Shown one piece after another: positions 9,349 through 18,787 of a DNA stretch of 64,000 bases. The notes beneath the pieces are model-generated. The model did no database searches. It was not told where the DNA came from and was given only the letters and a program-made list of their open reading frames with translations. Within the stretch, counting starts at the first letter, position 1. Every line of letters begins with the position of its first letter. Both the position numbers and the translations under genes were made by a program. The DNA comes from an uncultured Acidimicrobiia bacterium (lineage in GTDB: Bacteria > Actinomycetota > Acidimicrobiia > Spongiisociales > JAENVV01), in contig CAWKAG010000058.1 in NCBI GenBank assembly GCA_963847455.1, forward strand, positions 5,644 through 69,643, given 5' to 3'.

Positions 9349-11145
9349 ATGCCAACATCGCATCGTCCGACTGCATGGGTCCTGAGTGCCCTCATCATCG
9401 GCACGGTCGCGGTCGACCCCTTCGGATTCGCGCCATTCGGTCCCATCAAGTGGGTGATCGTCACAACCGCCGCTTTCGGGGCATTGTGGCTGGCGATGGC
9501 CGCCAAGTTGCCGGTTCATCGCCCGAGCTTGCGGGGATGGCTGGCGTTCCTGTCGTGGGGCTTGTTCGTGAGTGTTCTGGCTCTCGATCCGGTGCACACG
9601 TGGATCGGAACGCCTGATCGCCGCTTGGGGCTGGTAACCATTGCGGGTTTTATGGCCGCCTTCTTGGCCGGTCAGAGCTTGCGAAGTCGCGGCATCTCAA
9701 CGCTGAGCCACAGCTTTGTTGTCGGTCTTTGGATCATGGTGGTGACTGCGGCGTTCGAAGCGGCCGGAGCCTTCTCTGCGCCTTTCGACTTTCCGGGAAG
9801 TCGACTCGGTGGCCCATTCGGAACTCCCGCCTACCTGGGAGCGGCACTCGTACTGTTCCTTCCCATCGTCTTCGCCGTCGGTCCATCGCTCGAAGGCCGA
9901 GCGTGGCGGATGGCCGCCCGTTTCGGCGCCATCGGAGGAGTCGTGGTGTTGCTCGGCACCCAGACGAGGGGGGCGCTGATTGGCGGCGCTGCCGCCGCGG
10001 CTATCACCTACCCGGCATGGGCCAGATGGGCAAGGGTCAACCGGACGCCACTCGCCGCGTTGGTGGTGGTCTCCGTCGCCCTGCTCTCGTTCTCCAATCT
10101 GGGTAGTCGACTCGTTGACGCAGCGGATTTCGCCGACGGTGCCGCAGCCGGCCGCCTGGCCGAGTGGTCAACCGGCATCGACGCCATTGGCACCTCCCCG
10201 CTTTACGGGGTGGGGTTCGAGGGATACCGGGTGACGTTTCCTCAAGTTGTGGACGTCGACTACGTCCGAGCCTACGGGCGCGAGTTCGCCACCGATCGTG
10301 CTCACAACGGACTGATCGATGTCACGATTTGGACCGGCCTGGTCGGCGGCGCTTTCTACCTTGCCGCCATGGGCTTTCTCCTCCGGCGCGCCTGGCAGGC
10401 GAGCCGGCTCGGGGATTCATGGCTGGTTGGGTTCAGTGGAGCGCTGGTCGGTTATGTCGTTCAACAACAATTTCTGTTCCCGGTCGCCGAACTCGACGGA
10501 GCGTTCTGGGTGACGGCCGGGGTGCTGGTTGCGCACACCCAACCGGCGATGGCAAGTCGGACCCTGCCGCGCACGGCGCGCTTTGTGGCGCTGCTACTAG
10601 CCGCTGGGGTCGCGACGTTCGGCGTCACCGACCTGGCGGCCGACCATCTCGTGAAGGGGGCGTCGAGTGAAGACCTGAGCGGCTACGAGGCCGCCGTCAA
10701 CCTCCGACCGGAGTCCATTCGCTATCAGTTGTTGGCAGCCAACGCCAACCCCAATCTCGAACCGGCGATCTACCACATCGAACAGGCTCACGCCGTCTCC
10801 CCCGGCGACCCGATCATTGCAATAAGGCGAGGCGAGCTCTTGTCGGTTCGAGCCGCCCTCACCGGAGCTGCCTCCGATATCGCAGTCGCCCTGGCGGCTT
10901 GGCGAGAACTCGGCTCTACGGACGTCAACCACCCAACGGTCCAACTAGCCCTGGGCGCAGCCGAGATCGTGGCAGGAAACGAGTCCGAGGCCGAGGCCGC
11001 CTGGAAACAAGCAGAGGTCCTGGCTCCCCTGAGTCCGGAGCCCGCTGGCAATCTGGCGATCTTGTATCGCTCACAAGGCCGCTACGCAGAGGCGGAGGTT
11101 GCGCAGCAGAGATCTGACGACCTTGAGAAAGCGGCCGAAAAATAA
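9349..11145 (+). CDS. O-antigen ligase (Wzy_C)-like polytopic membrane protein with C-terminal TPR repeats
   Basis: 598-aa ORF with about 10-12 predicted TM helices and a large loop containing GVGFEGYR...RAHNGLIDV typical of the O-antigen ligase family. The C-terminal roughly 170 aa are TPR-like (AEAAWKQAEVLAPLSPEPAGNLAILYRSQGRYAEAE). Confidence 0.75.
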   Translation: MPTSHRPTAWVLSALIIGTVAVDPFGFAPFGPIKWVIVTTAAFGALWLAMAAKLPVHRPSLRGWLAFLSWGLFVSVLALDPVHTWIGTPDRRLGLVTIAGFMAAFLAGQSLRSRGISTLSHSFVVGLWIMVVTAAFEAAGAFSAPFDFPGSRLGGPFGTPAYLGAALVLFLPIVFAVGPSLEGRAWRMAARFGAIGGVVVLLGTQTRGALIGGAAAAAITYPAWARWARVNRTPLAALVVVSVALLSFSNLGSRLVDAADFADGAAAGRLAEWSTGIDAIGTSPLYGVGFEGYRVTFPQVVDVDYVRAYGREFATDRAHNGLIDVTIWTGLVGGAFYLAAMGFLLRRAWQASRLGDSWLVGFSGALVGYVVQQQFLFPVAELDGAFWVTAGVLVAHTQPAMASRTLPRTARFVALLLAAGVATFGVTDLAADHLVKGASSEDLSGYEAAVNLRPESIRYQLLAANANPNLEPAIYHIEQAHAVSPGDPIIAIRRGELLSVRAALTGAASDIAVALAAWRELGSTDVNHPTVQLALGAAEIVAGNESEAEAAWKQAEVLAPLSPEPAGNLAILYRSQGRYAEAEVAQQRSDDLEKAAEK

Positions 11146-11178
11146 TGAACCATTCGGGGCACTCCAGCGTTATCGGGC

Positions 11179-11712
11179 ATGGGAGCAAACGTGGCAACAT
11201 CACCAAAATTTGAGGGGATCGAAGTCGTAGTTGCGCGAACCGCGCATCCGGACTTCCCGAGCTTTTATCAGGAGAACTACCGCAGCGTCACCAAGGCACT
11301 CACTGCCACCATTCGCGACATTGACCTCGCCGGCGAAGCAACCGACGAAGCCATGGCGAGAGCGTATGCCAATTGGGCAAAGATCGAGCGGTATGACAAC
11401 CCGGCCGGATGGGTATACCGGGTCGCCCTGAACTGGGCGATTTCGGTTCAACGCCGCCGCAATCGGCTATCCAAGTTCAAAACCGAAACCGTCAGTGAAT
11501 CACCCCAGGTGGTCGAACCGGGCTTGTATCAAGCGCTCGGCAAGCTCGACCCCAAGCTTCGCTCGGTGGTCGTGTGCCGGTACCTGTTCGATTGGACCAC
11601 CGAACAGACCGCCGAAGCCCTCGCCATCCGCACCGGAACTGTCAAAAGTCGCCTCCATCGAGCACTCGAACAGCTCGCCAGCCAACTAAGCCATCTGAAG
11701 GACCCCGCATGA
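11179..11712 (+). CDS. ECF-type RNA polymerase sigma-70 family factor
   Basis: 177-aa ORF. Region 2 (AGWVYRVALNWAISVQRRRNR) and region 4 HTH (RYLFDWTTEQTAEALAIRTGTVKSRLHRALEQL). Confidence 0.85.
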   Translation: MGANVATSPKFEGIEVVVARTAHPDFPSFYQENYRSVTKALTATIRDIDLAGEATDEAMARAYANWAKIERYDNPAGWVYRVALNWAISVQRRRNRLSKFKTETVSESPQVVEPGLYQALGKLDPKLRSVVVCRYLFDWTTEQTAEALAIRTGTVKSRLHRALEQLASQLSHLKDPA

Positions 11713-13487
11713 GCCTCGAAGACGAACTCCGCCAACACTTCAAGTCAGAACCAGGAACCCTGCCGACCGGCCTCGGCCCCGAAGCCATCATGCGCATCGG
11801 CCAAGAGCACCGCAAAAGCAGCCGGATTCGTTCGGGCGCAGCCGGATTCGTAGTCGTAAGTGCGGCCGTTTTGGCCGTACTCGCTCTGCCCAATATCGGC
11901 ACCGATCGGACCACCGACCCGTCCGACATCCAGGCCGGTCCCAACACCACTCTGGCACCCAGCGGCCCGGTCGGATCGAACCCGATCAACCGCACCCCCA
12001 TCGAAACCCATACCGTTGATGCGGCCGGGCTTACCTGGACGATCTCGGACCCGACGTTGGCATGGTCCCGGCGCCTCTATGCCGACAGCTCTGGGTTCTA
12101 CGCCCTGTCGACCGCCCCTGGCACAACCTGGGAGGACGCCACAGAAGCAAATGGCTACCGGGTTCCCGAGGCGATCTACTACTCATCGGATGGGAGCAAC
12201 TGGACGGTCAGGGAACTCCCGAACGATCAGTATGCGGCTGACTTTGGCGCGAGCGACGGCACCATGTATCTGCTGGGAACTGCTCCAGCAACCAGCGACC
12301 CGAACGGGCCGGTAGATCTGTGGATCGACACATCCAGCGACCTCGGCCAGACATGGTCCCGCCAAACCATGCCCATGAGCGATCACAATCCGCCCGAAGG
12401 ACTAAATGACTACGTCTGGTCTAATACCGCAACCAGCCTGGCCGCCCAAGGCACCACGGTCGTTGCCTCGGTCAGTACGACCTACTGGGTCGATGTGTAT
12501 CGCCTCGCCCCTGAGGAGTATCAGGTGGACGGGTTCGATATTCGCCAAACCGACACCGGAATGGACATCTTCGACATGAGCGCCGTGCGAGACCTGGAAC
12601 GAGCCTGCGAGGATGCCTGGTACCACTACGAAACGGACACGCCTGCCGAGGATCGCGTAGATGACTTCGTGCCGGATGCCTGCCGGGTGGTCGAAGACGC
12701 CTGGCAAGACCCCCTCAATCTCGTGTATTCGGCTACGTGGGCCGAGTTGGGAATCGGTGACATCGGCCCGCTCTCATACTCGGATTTGTATGTATCCGAC
12801 AACGGAGCCGCCCCGGTCAAAATCGACACGCCATTCTCCAGCAATGTGCAGGGTTTGCAGTTATCCGCCACGTCGGCCGGATTCCACGCCACCGTGTGGG
12901 GCCAGACGTTGACGACAAACCAGGAAGGCTGGGCTTCGGCGTTGTGGACGTCGGCCGACGGTCGCAACTGGTCTCGAACCCCTGTTCCGGAAGGCAGCTA
13001 CGAGGTAGCTCCGCTCGGATCGATCGGCAACCGGCTCGTCGCCACGGCATACAACGACACCGGCACTCAGGTCATGGTGCTTGACAACGGCACGTGGACG
13101 CCGATCAACATCGACGCAAGCCTCGGTCCGGTTCCGGACGGTCGCGACCGGTGGATCAGCCAGGGAGGCGCCGGAGAAGGCGGCGTGTGGCTCGTCGCCC
13201 AGACCACCACGTACCCCGAGGAGGGGACGGAACCTGCAGTCACGACGACCATTCCAGAAAGTGGCGAATACGCGGGCGAGCCACTCAAGCTTGACCTTCT
13301 TTTCTCGGAAGACCTCGTCAACTGGACGGTGATTGACCTCACCGAACTTCTCGGACCGGAAGCTCCTTCGAACGACTTATGGATCAATCAGATAGTTGTC
13401 AGCGACGAATCGGTCTACTTCACCGTCAGTGGCTACAACGCCGAGAGAAACGAGACCTACGCCGCTTCGGTTGTCGGCAAGAAGTAA
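11709..13487 (+). CDS. Single-pass membrane protein with extracytoplasmic Asp-box (BNR) beta-propeller-like domain; putative cognate anti-sigma/sensor partner
   Basis: The ORF track begins at 11574, but that part overlaps the sigma gene in another frame. The ATG at 11709 overlaps the sigma stop (ATGA). About 45 cytoplasmic residues, one TM helix (AAGFVVVSAAVLAVLALP), then at least 4 Asp-box motifs: SSDGSNW, SSDLGQTW, SADGRNW, SEDLVNW. Confidence 0.7.
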   Translation: MSLEDELRQHFKSEPGTLPTGLGPEAIMRIGQEHRKSSRIRSGAAGFVVVSAAVLAVLALPNIGTDRTTDPSDIQAGPNTTLAPSGPVGSNPINRTPIETHTVDAAGLTWTISDPTLAWSRRLYADSSGFYALSTAPGTTWEDATEANGYRVPEAIYYSSDGSNWTVRELPNDQYAADFGASDGTMYLLGTAPATSDPNGPVDLWIDTSSDLGQTWSRQTMPMSDHNPPEGLNDYVWSNTATSLAAQGTTVVASVSTTYWVDVYRLAPEEYQVDGFDIRQTDTGMDIFDMSAVRDLERACEDAWYHYETDTPAEDRVDDFVPDACRVVEDAWQDPLNLVYSATWAELGIGDIGPLSYSDLYVSDNGAAPVKIDTPFSSNVQGLQLSATSAGFHATVWGQTLTTNQEGWASALWTSADGRNWSRTPVPEGSYEVAPLGSIGNRLVATAYNDTGTQVMVLDNGTWTPINIDASLGPVPDGRDRWISQGGAGEGGVWLVAQTTTYPEEGTEPAVTTTIPESGEYAGEPLKLDLLFSEDLVNWTVIDLTELLGPEAPSNDLWINQIVVSDESVYFTVSGYNAERNETYAASVVGKK

Positions 13488-13504
13488 CCCCGCCAGGGTT
13501 CCTT

Positions 13505-13534
13505 GGTGCCCCGTCCACACCCGGGCGGGGCACC
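13505..13534. terminator. Hairpin between convergent genes (9-bp stem GGTGCCCCG / CGGGGCACC, 12-nt loop)
   Basis: Perfect inverted repeat at 13505-13513 / 13526-13534 in the 63-nt gap between convergent stops. No clear U-tract. Confidence 0.35.
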
Positions 13535-13550
13535 CGCATGTCACGGCTGG

Positions 13551-14084
13551 CTACGGGACGGCCGCGATGACCTCGTCGAGATCGGCGTGGTCTCCGGCGT
13601 GATCTTCGAAATCTGCATACAACAATTCGTCGCCGGGACCGATCACCAGCGTTGCTCCCAGTTGAAAAGGACGCCGCCCGGTCTTCTTTTGACGGTGCCC
13701 CGCAGCCGTACTCCGAATCCCTGCGGCAATCGCAGCCGGCTTGGCAAGCGAAACGAGTCCGAGTCGTCTTGTCCCTACCAACTCCGCCGCTGATCCGTCC
13801 TCATCGAGGAGAACCTCGAAGGGCACCCGCTCATCTTCAATGAATGCCTGGGCGTAGCGCTTTCCGCCCGTACCAATTGCCAGCACCCTGGCACCTGTAG
13901 CAGTGACCTCTTCGTACCTGTCGCGGACCTGACCGGCCCGCTCGCGGCAGGTCAGTCAGCCGAAGTGCCTCAGGAACAAGATAACGGCAGGCTGATCGGC
14001 CCATCGGTCTCCGAGACGGTGTTCACCGCCGTCGGAATCGATCAGGATATGTTCTCCTAAAGCTGCGACATCAAACAAACTCAT
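13551..14084 (-). CDS. Peroxiredoxin-like (Prx-like2 / AhpC-TSA_2 type) protein with in-frame TGA at the CxxC position; candidate selenoprotein (UxxC)
   Basis: Reading from the ATG at 14084 gives MSLFDVAALGEHILIDSDGGEHRLGDRWADQPAVILFLRHFG-TGA-LTCRERAGQVRDRYEEVTATGARVLAIGTGGKRYAQ... in the same frame as the track ORF 13551..13886. The TGA (13956-13958) sits where this family has the first Cys of FxRxxGCxxCR. The start overlaps the upstream gene stop (ATGA at 14081-14084). Confidence 0.55.
13929..13955 (-). promoter_or_regulatory. Stem-loop immediately 3' of the in-frame UGA (candidate bacterial SECIS element)
   Basis: RNA CUGACC-U-GCC-GCGAGCG-GGC-C-GGUCAG. A 6-bp lower stem plus a 3-bp upper stem starts at the first nucleotide after the UGA. 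Confidence 0.35.
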
Positions 14085-15031
14085 GGACCGAACGAATCCA
14101 TCGGCGTGACATTGTCTTCATCAGGAAGGTCGATGACGATGTTCTCGCCGTAGTCATACATGTCGTACTGCATGCCCAGAACCGGGACGTCGGCTACTCC
14201 CTCGTATGAAATCACGTAGCGATAGACGAGATTGTCGTCGCTGATCCAGACATCCACCGGCATCTGCTCAATCCCCGAGTCGCGCAGTTCTTGAGCCGAA
14301 ACGTCGCCAGTCATGGTCTCAAGATCTTCGACATCAAACAGGATCGTGTAGTGAGTCGTTGATGCACCGCGGATTGTCTCGGTTCCGACGACGTTCACAT
14401 CTCCTCCGGCGTCCAGGAAGGAGGCCAGCGCGTTGGCGGGGGTGCTGTTGCCGACGCCGGCTATTCCCGCGCTGTCGATGGCGTCGTCACTGGGTAATAC
14501 AACCCAGTCGGTCTGCACGCCCATGATGGCGAACAGGGGGAACTTCATGTACGCAGTCTCGCCATCGAAGATGAAACGAACGTCAGACAGGTCTCCGAAG
14601 GCTGACAGGTCGATTCCCTCGGAAGCGGCCGCCCCCTCGAATGCTTCGCTCATGTCCATCTTCATTTCCATGCGCTCGCTGTTGAAGGCACCCTCGATAT
14701 AGATCGTGAACGGTTCAGGCAATTCCTCAGATGCCGCCAGCATCATGGTCGCTTCGAAACGCCCTGACTCGGCCAACCCCGAAGCAACCGCCGCCTCGCG
14801 GAACATCGCCAGATCATCAGAAGTGGCAGCTTCGACAACGGTCGTTGTCGTAGTGGTGGACTCGACCGGAGCGGCCTGCGTCGTGGTAGTCGTCTCCGGC
14901 GCCGCGACGCTATCTCCGGTGGCGGCAGACGTGGTGGTGTCGACCGGTAACTCGGTCACATCGGTGGCGCCACCCCCGCAGGCGACAAGGACGAGCATTA
15001 ACGCAGTCAGATAAATCAGTTTCACAAGCAA
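14081..15031 (-). CDS. Hypothetical lipoprotein
   Basis: 316-aa ORF with lipobox (LMLVLVACGG), a Thr-rich linker (TTTTTQAAPVESTTTTTTVVE) and an acidic globular domain. Confidence 0.65.
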   Translation of the reverse strand: MLVKLIYLTALMLVLVACGGGATDVTELPVDTTTSAATGDSVAAPETTTTTQAAPVESTTTTTTVVEAATSDDLAMFREAAVASGLAESGRFEATMMLAASEELPEPFTIYIEGAFNSERMEMKMDMSEAFEGAAASEGIDLSAFGDLSDVRFIFDGETAYMKFPLFAIMGVQTDWVVLPSDDAIDSAGIAGVGNSTPANALASFLDAGGDVNVVGTETIRGASTTHYTILFDVEDLETMTGDVSAQELRDSGIEQMPVDVWISDDNLVYRYVISYEGVADVPVLGMQYDMYDYGENIVIDLPDEDNVTPMDSFGP

Positions 15032-15171
15032 AACCCCCTTCGGCTTGCCCCCAACTTACCCGCCCATCGACGTTATGTCCCGTCGTCAGGGCGCCGTCCG
15101 ACATTTTTGGAGAAACTCACTCTTTGCGAGGGCCATCCGGGTACCGTCGACCAGTCGACGAAAGGACATCC

Positions 15172-15873
15172 ATGTGGGTACGAGTGCGCGGCCTACTCAT
15201 CATGATTCGGGTGCTGGCCCCGTTGCTGGCATTCTTGGCGATCTGGTTCGCTACTTACCAAGCCATCAACGCCGTAGAAGCTGCAACGGAGTCATACCGG
15301 GTGGCGGTGGATGCCCGGGTCGACAACATCCGCGATAGCGTGTCGGGCGCCACTGACGCCCTCACGACGCTCGGGGGCTATGCGGTCGGGGTCCGGGACG
15401 CGGTCGGCAGGCAAGTCGACGCCATCCAGAACATCGGCAATCTGCAGGTGCCCTTGCCGACTGTTCTCGGCTTCGACATCCCCGACATCGACGTAGCGCT
15501 CCCGGGCTCGGAGGAAGTCAAACGTCTTACCGACGGGATCGCTTCGGCCGGTCAGTCCCTTGGCGACAACCTGGAAGGATTAACTGCCGTCGGGCAGGTT
15601 CCAGGCGAGGTGCGGGCGATCGCCGATGAAACCACCGGGTTCGTAACGGATCTCCGCAACACGGTCGTCGGGTGGGTCAAGGCCATCGCCTGGATCGTCG
15701 GATCGTTCTTGCTCGTCTTTGTTCTGACCAGGCTTGGGCGTATGGCGCTCGAACTCCGTCGGGGATGGCGCATGCTCACGACCGGCATGGACATACCTAC
15801 CGACACGATTGCCGCCCTCATGCGACGGGTGGCTGCACTTGAAGAGCGACTGGCCAGTAGTGGGGTTGCATGA
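15172..15873 (+). CDS. Hypothetical membrane protein
   Basis: ORF track starts at 15124. The ATG at 15172 has an AAAGGA RBS 8 nt upstream. N-terminal TM helix (LIMIRVLAPLLAFLAIWFATY) and a second TM helix near the C-terminus (AIAWIVGSFLLVFVL). Confidence 0.5.
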   Translation: MWVRVRGLLIMIRVLAPLLAFLAIWFATYQAINAVEAATESYRVAVDARVDNIRDSVSGATDALTTLGGYAVGVRDAVGRQVDAIQNIGNLQVPLPTVLGFDIPDIDVALPGSEEVKRLTDGIASAGQSLGDNLEGLTAVGQVPGEVRAIADETTGFVTDLRNTVVGWVKAIAWIVGSFLLVFVLTRLGRMALELRRGWRMLTTGMDIPTDTIAALMRRVAALEERLASSGVA

Positions 15874-15886
15874 ATAGTGCTCGCGG

Positions 15887-17344
15887 CTAGTGGTTGATGA
15901 AGATCTCGTGGGCGGTCCGACTGCCGGTCATCCCGTTGATGATTTCGAGTTGAGCCGCACTCACCTGGGAGGGATGGTCGACCCCGCAGGCTCGGGCCAT
16001 TCGGCCGAGTTCAAAACGCATCGTCTGGATAAATCGACCGACTCGCAGCCCTTTGTCGGTCGGGTCGAGGCCCCGTTCCAGCCATTTCGAATTGGTCGCC
16101 ACCCCGGTCGGGCAGTGCCCGGTGTGACACCTCTGTGCCTGGATGCAGCCCGCCGCCATCATGGCTTCGCGCCCGACGTTGATCATGTCGACGCCGAGCG
16201 TCATAGCCAGCAAACCGCGGTCGGGTAGGCCCAGCCGACCTGAACCGATCCACATAACCCGGTCGGCCACGCCTCGCTGCGTAAAGACGTCGTGGACTCG
16301 CGGGAAAGCGTGAAGGAAGGGCAAGGCTACGTGGTCGGTGAAAGCAAGCGGACCCGCTCCGGTTCCGCCTTCGCCACCGTCAATGATGATGAAGTCGACG
16401 CCCCGCTCCCCGCTGACCATCTGATCAGCCAGGCCTTCCCAGAACTCGATCTCACCAACCGCTGACTTGATGCCGACCGGTAGACCCGTCTCGGAAGCGA
16501 GCGACTCGACAAAGTCGAGCATCGAGTCGACATCATGAAAAGAGCTGTGACCCGGCGGGCTGTGACAGTCCTCGCCGACCGGGACACCCCGGATCGCCGC
16601 GATCTCGGGGGTTACCTTCTTGCCGGGCAGCAAGCCCCCCAGACCCGGTTTGGCACCCTGGGATAACTTGACTTCGATGGCCTTCACCGGGAAGCGATCG
16701 ACGTTCTCGAGGAACCGACCCAGGTCAAAGTTGCCTGAGGAATCGCGGCAGCCGAAGTAGCCGGTCCCGATCTGCCAAACCAGGTCGCCTCCCTGATCGT
16801 GATAGGTCGTCAAGCCCCCTTCACCGGAGCCGTGCAGCGCCCCCGCCAGCTTGGCTCCCTTGTTCAGCGCAGTCACCGCCGCTCCCGACAAGGACCCGTA
16901 ACTCATCGACGAGATATTGACGAGGGAGGCAGGCGTGAAGGCTTTCGCCCGCTGGCGCGCGCCGCCAAGCACCTTGGCGGCCGGGACGGCCTGGCCTTTG
17001 TCGAATCCCATGTCTGGTTTGGGAAACGCCGCATGCTTGATGATGAGGTAGTTGCGCTGGATATCGAGGTCGTTATCGGTACCGAAGCCGAACAGGTTGT
17101 TCTGCTGTTTGGCCGATGCATAGATCCACCGACGCTGGTCCCGACTGAACGGCCGATCGGCGTCGTTTTCGGTAACGATGTACTGGCGTAACTCGGGGCC
17201 GATCTTTTCCAGCAGGTACCGAATGTGTCCGACGACCGGAAAGCTACGCAGGATGGCGTGTTTGGTTTGGATGAGATCGTAGATCAGCACGGCCAGCAGG
17301 AACGCCAGTATTCCAAAGCCAATCCAGGTCCACACGGCGGCCAT
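15887..17344 (-). CDS. FMN-binding glutamate synthase family protein (GltB domain-2-like)
   Basis: 485-aa ORF. N-terminal TM helix, then motifs ISSMSYGSLS, KLSQGAKPGLGG, DFIIIDGGEGGTGA and CHTGHCPTGVATN characteristic of the glutamate synthase-related FMN domain. Confidence 0.9.
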   Translation of the reverse strand: MAAVWTWIGFGILAFLLAVLIYDLIQTKHAILRSFPVVGHIRYLLEKIGPELRQYIVTENDADRPFSRDQRRWIYASAKQQNNLFGFGTDNDLDIQRNYLIIKHAAFPKPDMGFDKGQAVPAAKVLGGARQRAKAFTPASLVNISSMSYGSLSGAAVTALNKGAKLAGALHGSGEGGLTTYHDQGGDLVWQIGTGYFGCRDSSGNFDLGRFLENVDRFPVKAIEVKLSQGAKPGLGGLLPGKKVTPEIAAIRGVPVGEDCHSPPGHSSFHDVDSMLDFVESLASETGLPVGIKSAVGEIEFWEGLADQMVSGERGVDFIIIDGGEGGTGAGPLAFTDHVALPFLHAFPRVHDVFTQRGVADRVMWIGSGRLGLPDRGLLAMTLGVDMINVGREAMMAAGCIQAQRCHTGHCPTGVATNSKWLERGLDPTDKGLRVGRFIQTMRFELGRMARACGVDHPSQVSAAQLEIINGMTGSRTAHEIFINH

Positions 17345-17462
17345 ACTAAGCAGCGACTCGGACCATTCCCGGCACCACTACCACCCGCTCTCCGGTCGGT
17401 GTCGTTAACCACGCCGACGCCCAAAAGGGCGTCATAGGCATCGGCGTGGGATATGGGGTGGC

Positions 17463-18245
17463 CTAGAAATCGACCACCGAGCGAATGAACTCGACCAGTT
17501 GCCTGGCAATCGACCGGGCTTCGACAAGCGACCCGTGCGCTTTGCGCAAGTCGGCCCGAGCCGAATCGAGGGTGCTCGTGGCTCCTGGCATCTGTCCAAC
17601 CTCGATGGCCAGGACTAGATCTGGAACCGGAGCCGCCAGCGCTTGGGCTTCTCCCACCTCGGCGTTGAAGTCATCGAGGAGCTCCCATCCCTCTTCGACG
17701 TCCACCCCGTTGGCTTCAAGCCGGGCGAGTACCTGAGCGAACTCGTCGCTGACCCGTCCAGCCTTCACCGATGCGTCAGCCACGGCGTCGGCACCATTGG
17801 TGAGCCGGCCCTTGGGGATCTGGAGGGCAAAGATCCAGTGTTCGACGACGACTTCCTTCGCCAGCGGGGCCAGTTCAGCGAGCGTTTCCGCTCGTTCGAC
17901 CTCAACCCGCAGGTCGGCCAGGCCGTTGCGATGGAACTGATAATCGGAGGTCAGTGTGGCCTTGTGTGCGGCCGTCAGGTGGGCTGAGCCCTCGACCCGC
18001 ACCAAGGCCGTATCCAAAGCGGTGATCCGCTTATCGATGGAGCGGAGGACTTTCGCCTTGGCGGCCGCCAGGTTCCGATGGCGATCGGTCTCACGATCCG
18101 TCTGGGCATCGGTCTGACGATCGGTGGCTTGGTCGGTCACCTGATCGCTCGGGACGGCGTCGGTTGGGGTTTCCGATTGGGCAATTGCCACGCTGGGGAT
18201 AGCCATCATGAGAGCCGCCAATAGTGCGGTTACGTACAGTTTCAT
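17463..18245 (-). CDS. Secreted hypothetical protein (helical; TD-rich low-complexity N-terminus)
   Basis: 260-aa ORF with signal peptide (LLAALMMAIPSVAIAQ), followed by VTDQATDRQTDAQTDRETDRH and a helical domain. Confidence 0.55.
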   Translation of the reverse strand: MKLYVTALLAALMMAIPSVAIAQSETPTDAVPSDQVTDQATDRQTDAQTDRETDRHRNLAAAKAKVLRSIDKRITALDTALVRVEGSAHLTAAHKATLTSDYQFHRNGLADLRVEVERAETLAELAPLAKEVVVEHWIFALQIPKGRLTNGADAVADASVKAGRVSDEFAQVLARLEANGVDVEEGWELLDDFNAEVGEAQALAAPVPDLVLAIEVGQMPGATSTLDSARADLRKAHGSLVEARSIARQLVEFIRSVVDF

Positions 18246-18246
18246 G

Positions 18247-18648
18247 TCATTCTCCTTGCTCGAAAGCTTGTTCCATGGCAGACATGGCCGATCCGAGCGA
18301 ACTCAACAGTGCGTCGAGTTCAGCCAGGGCGCCTTCTACCTCTTGTGGGTCGACGGTCACCACCGCCAAACTTGTAGTGGTGGTCGCCTGAGTGACCGGG
18401 GCAACCGTCGTCGTGCTGATCACCGCGGATGTCTCGGCGGCCGTCGTGGGTGTCGCCACAGCGCCGACCGTTGTTGTGGTGGCGGACTCGTGTTGGGGCG
18501 CTGCCCCTTCAGATACCGACCCCCCGCCCGCGACCCCCCTGGAGACCGTTGTGGCTGAGCCACCGTCACCGGCCAGGTACTGGCCACCGGGCCGACTACA
18601 GGCAGCCAAAGCCAGCACCATGGCGACGGCAATTGCGAATCGCATCAA
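18247..18648 (-). CDS. Hypothetical lipoprotein
   Basis: 133-aa ORF with lipobox (VLALAACS) and a Thr/Ala/Gly-rich body. Directly upstream of 17463..18245 with a 1-nt gap. Confidence 0.5.
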   Translation of the reverse strand: MMRFAIAVAMVLALAACSRPGGQYLAGDGGSATTVSRGVAGGGSVSEGAAPQHESATTTTVGAVATPTTAAETSAVISTTTVAPVTQATTTTSLAVVTVDPQEVEGALAELDALLSSLGSAMSAMEQAFEQGE

Positions 18649-18787
18649 CTAACTCCTTTCGTCTCCCTGAACTATCGAGGACGGATATCTGAACGCCGTG
18701 ATGGGAAAGTCAGAAGTTTGTAAACCGTCAATGGCGCTATATGCGAAAAGATGCATATACTTGGATCACCCGAACCAAAGGCGAGAC

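Noticed and set aside
11574-11708. N-terminal 45-codon extension of the Asp-box membrane protein in the ORF track
   Set aside because: It overlaps the sigma-factor gene in another frame and is Arg/Pro-rich. The ATG at 11709 gives the classic ATGA coupling.
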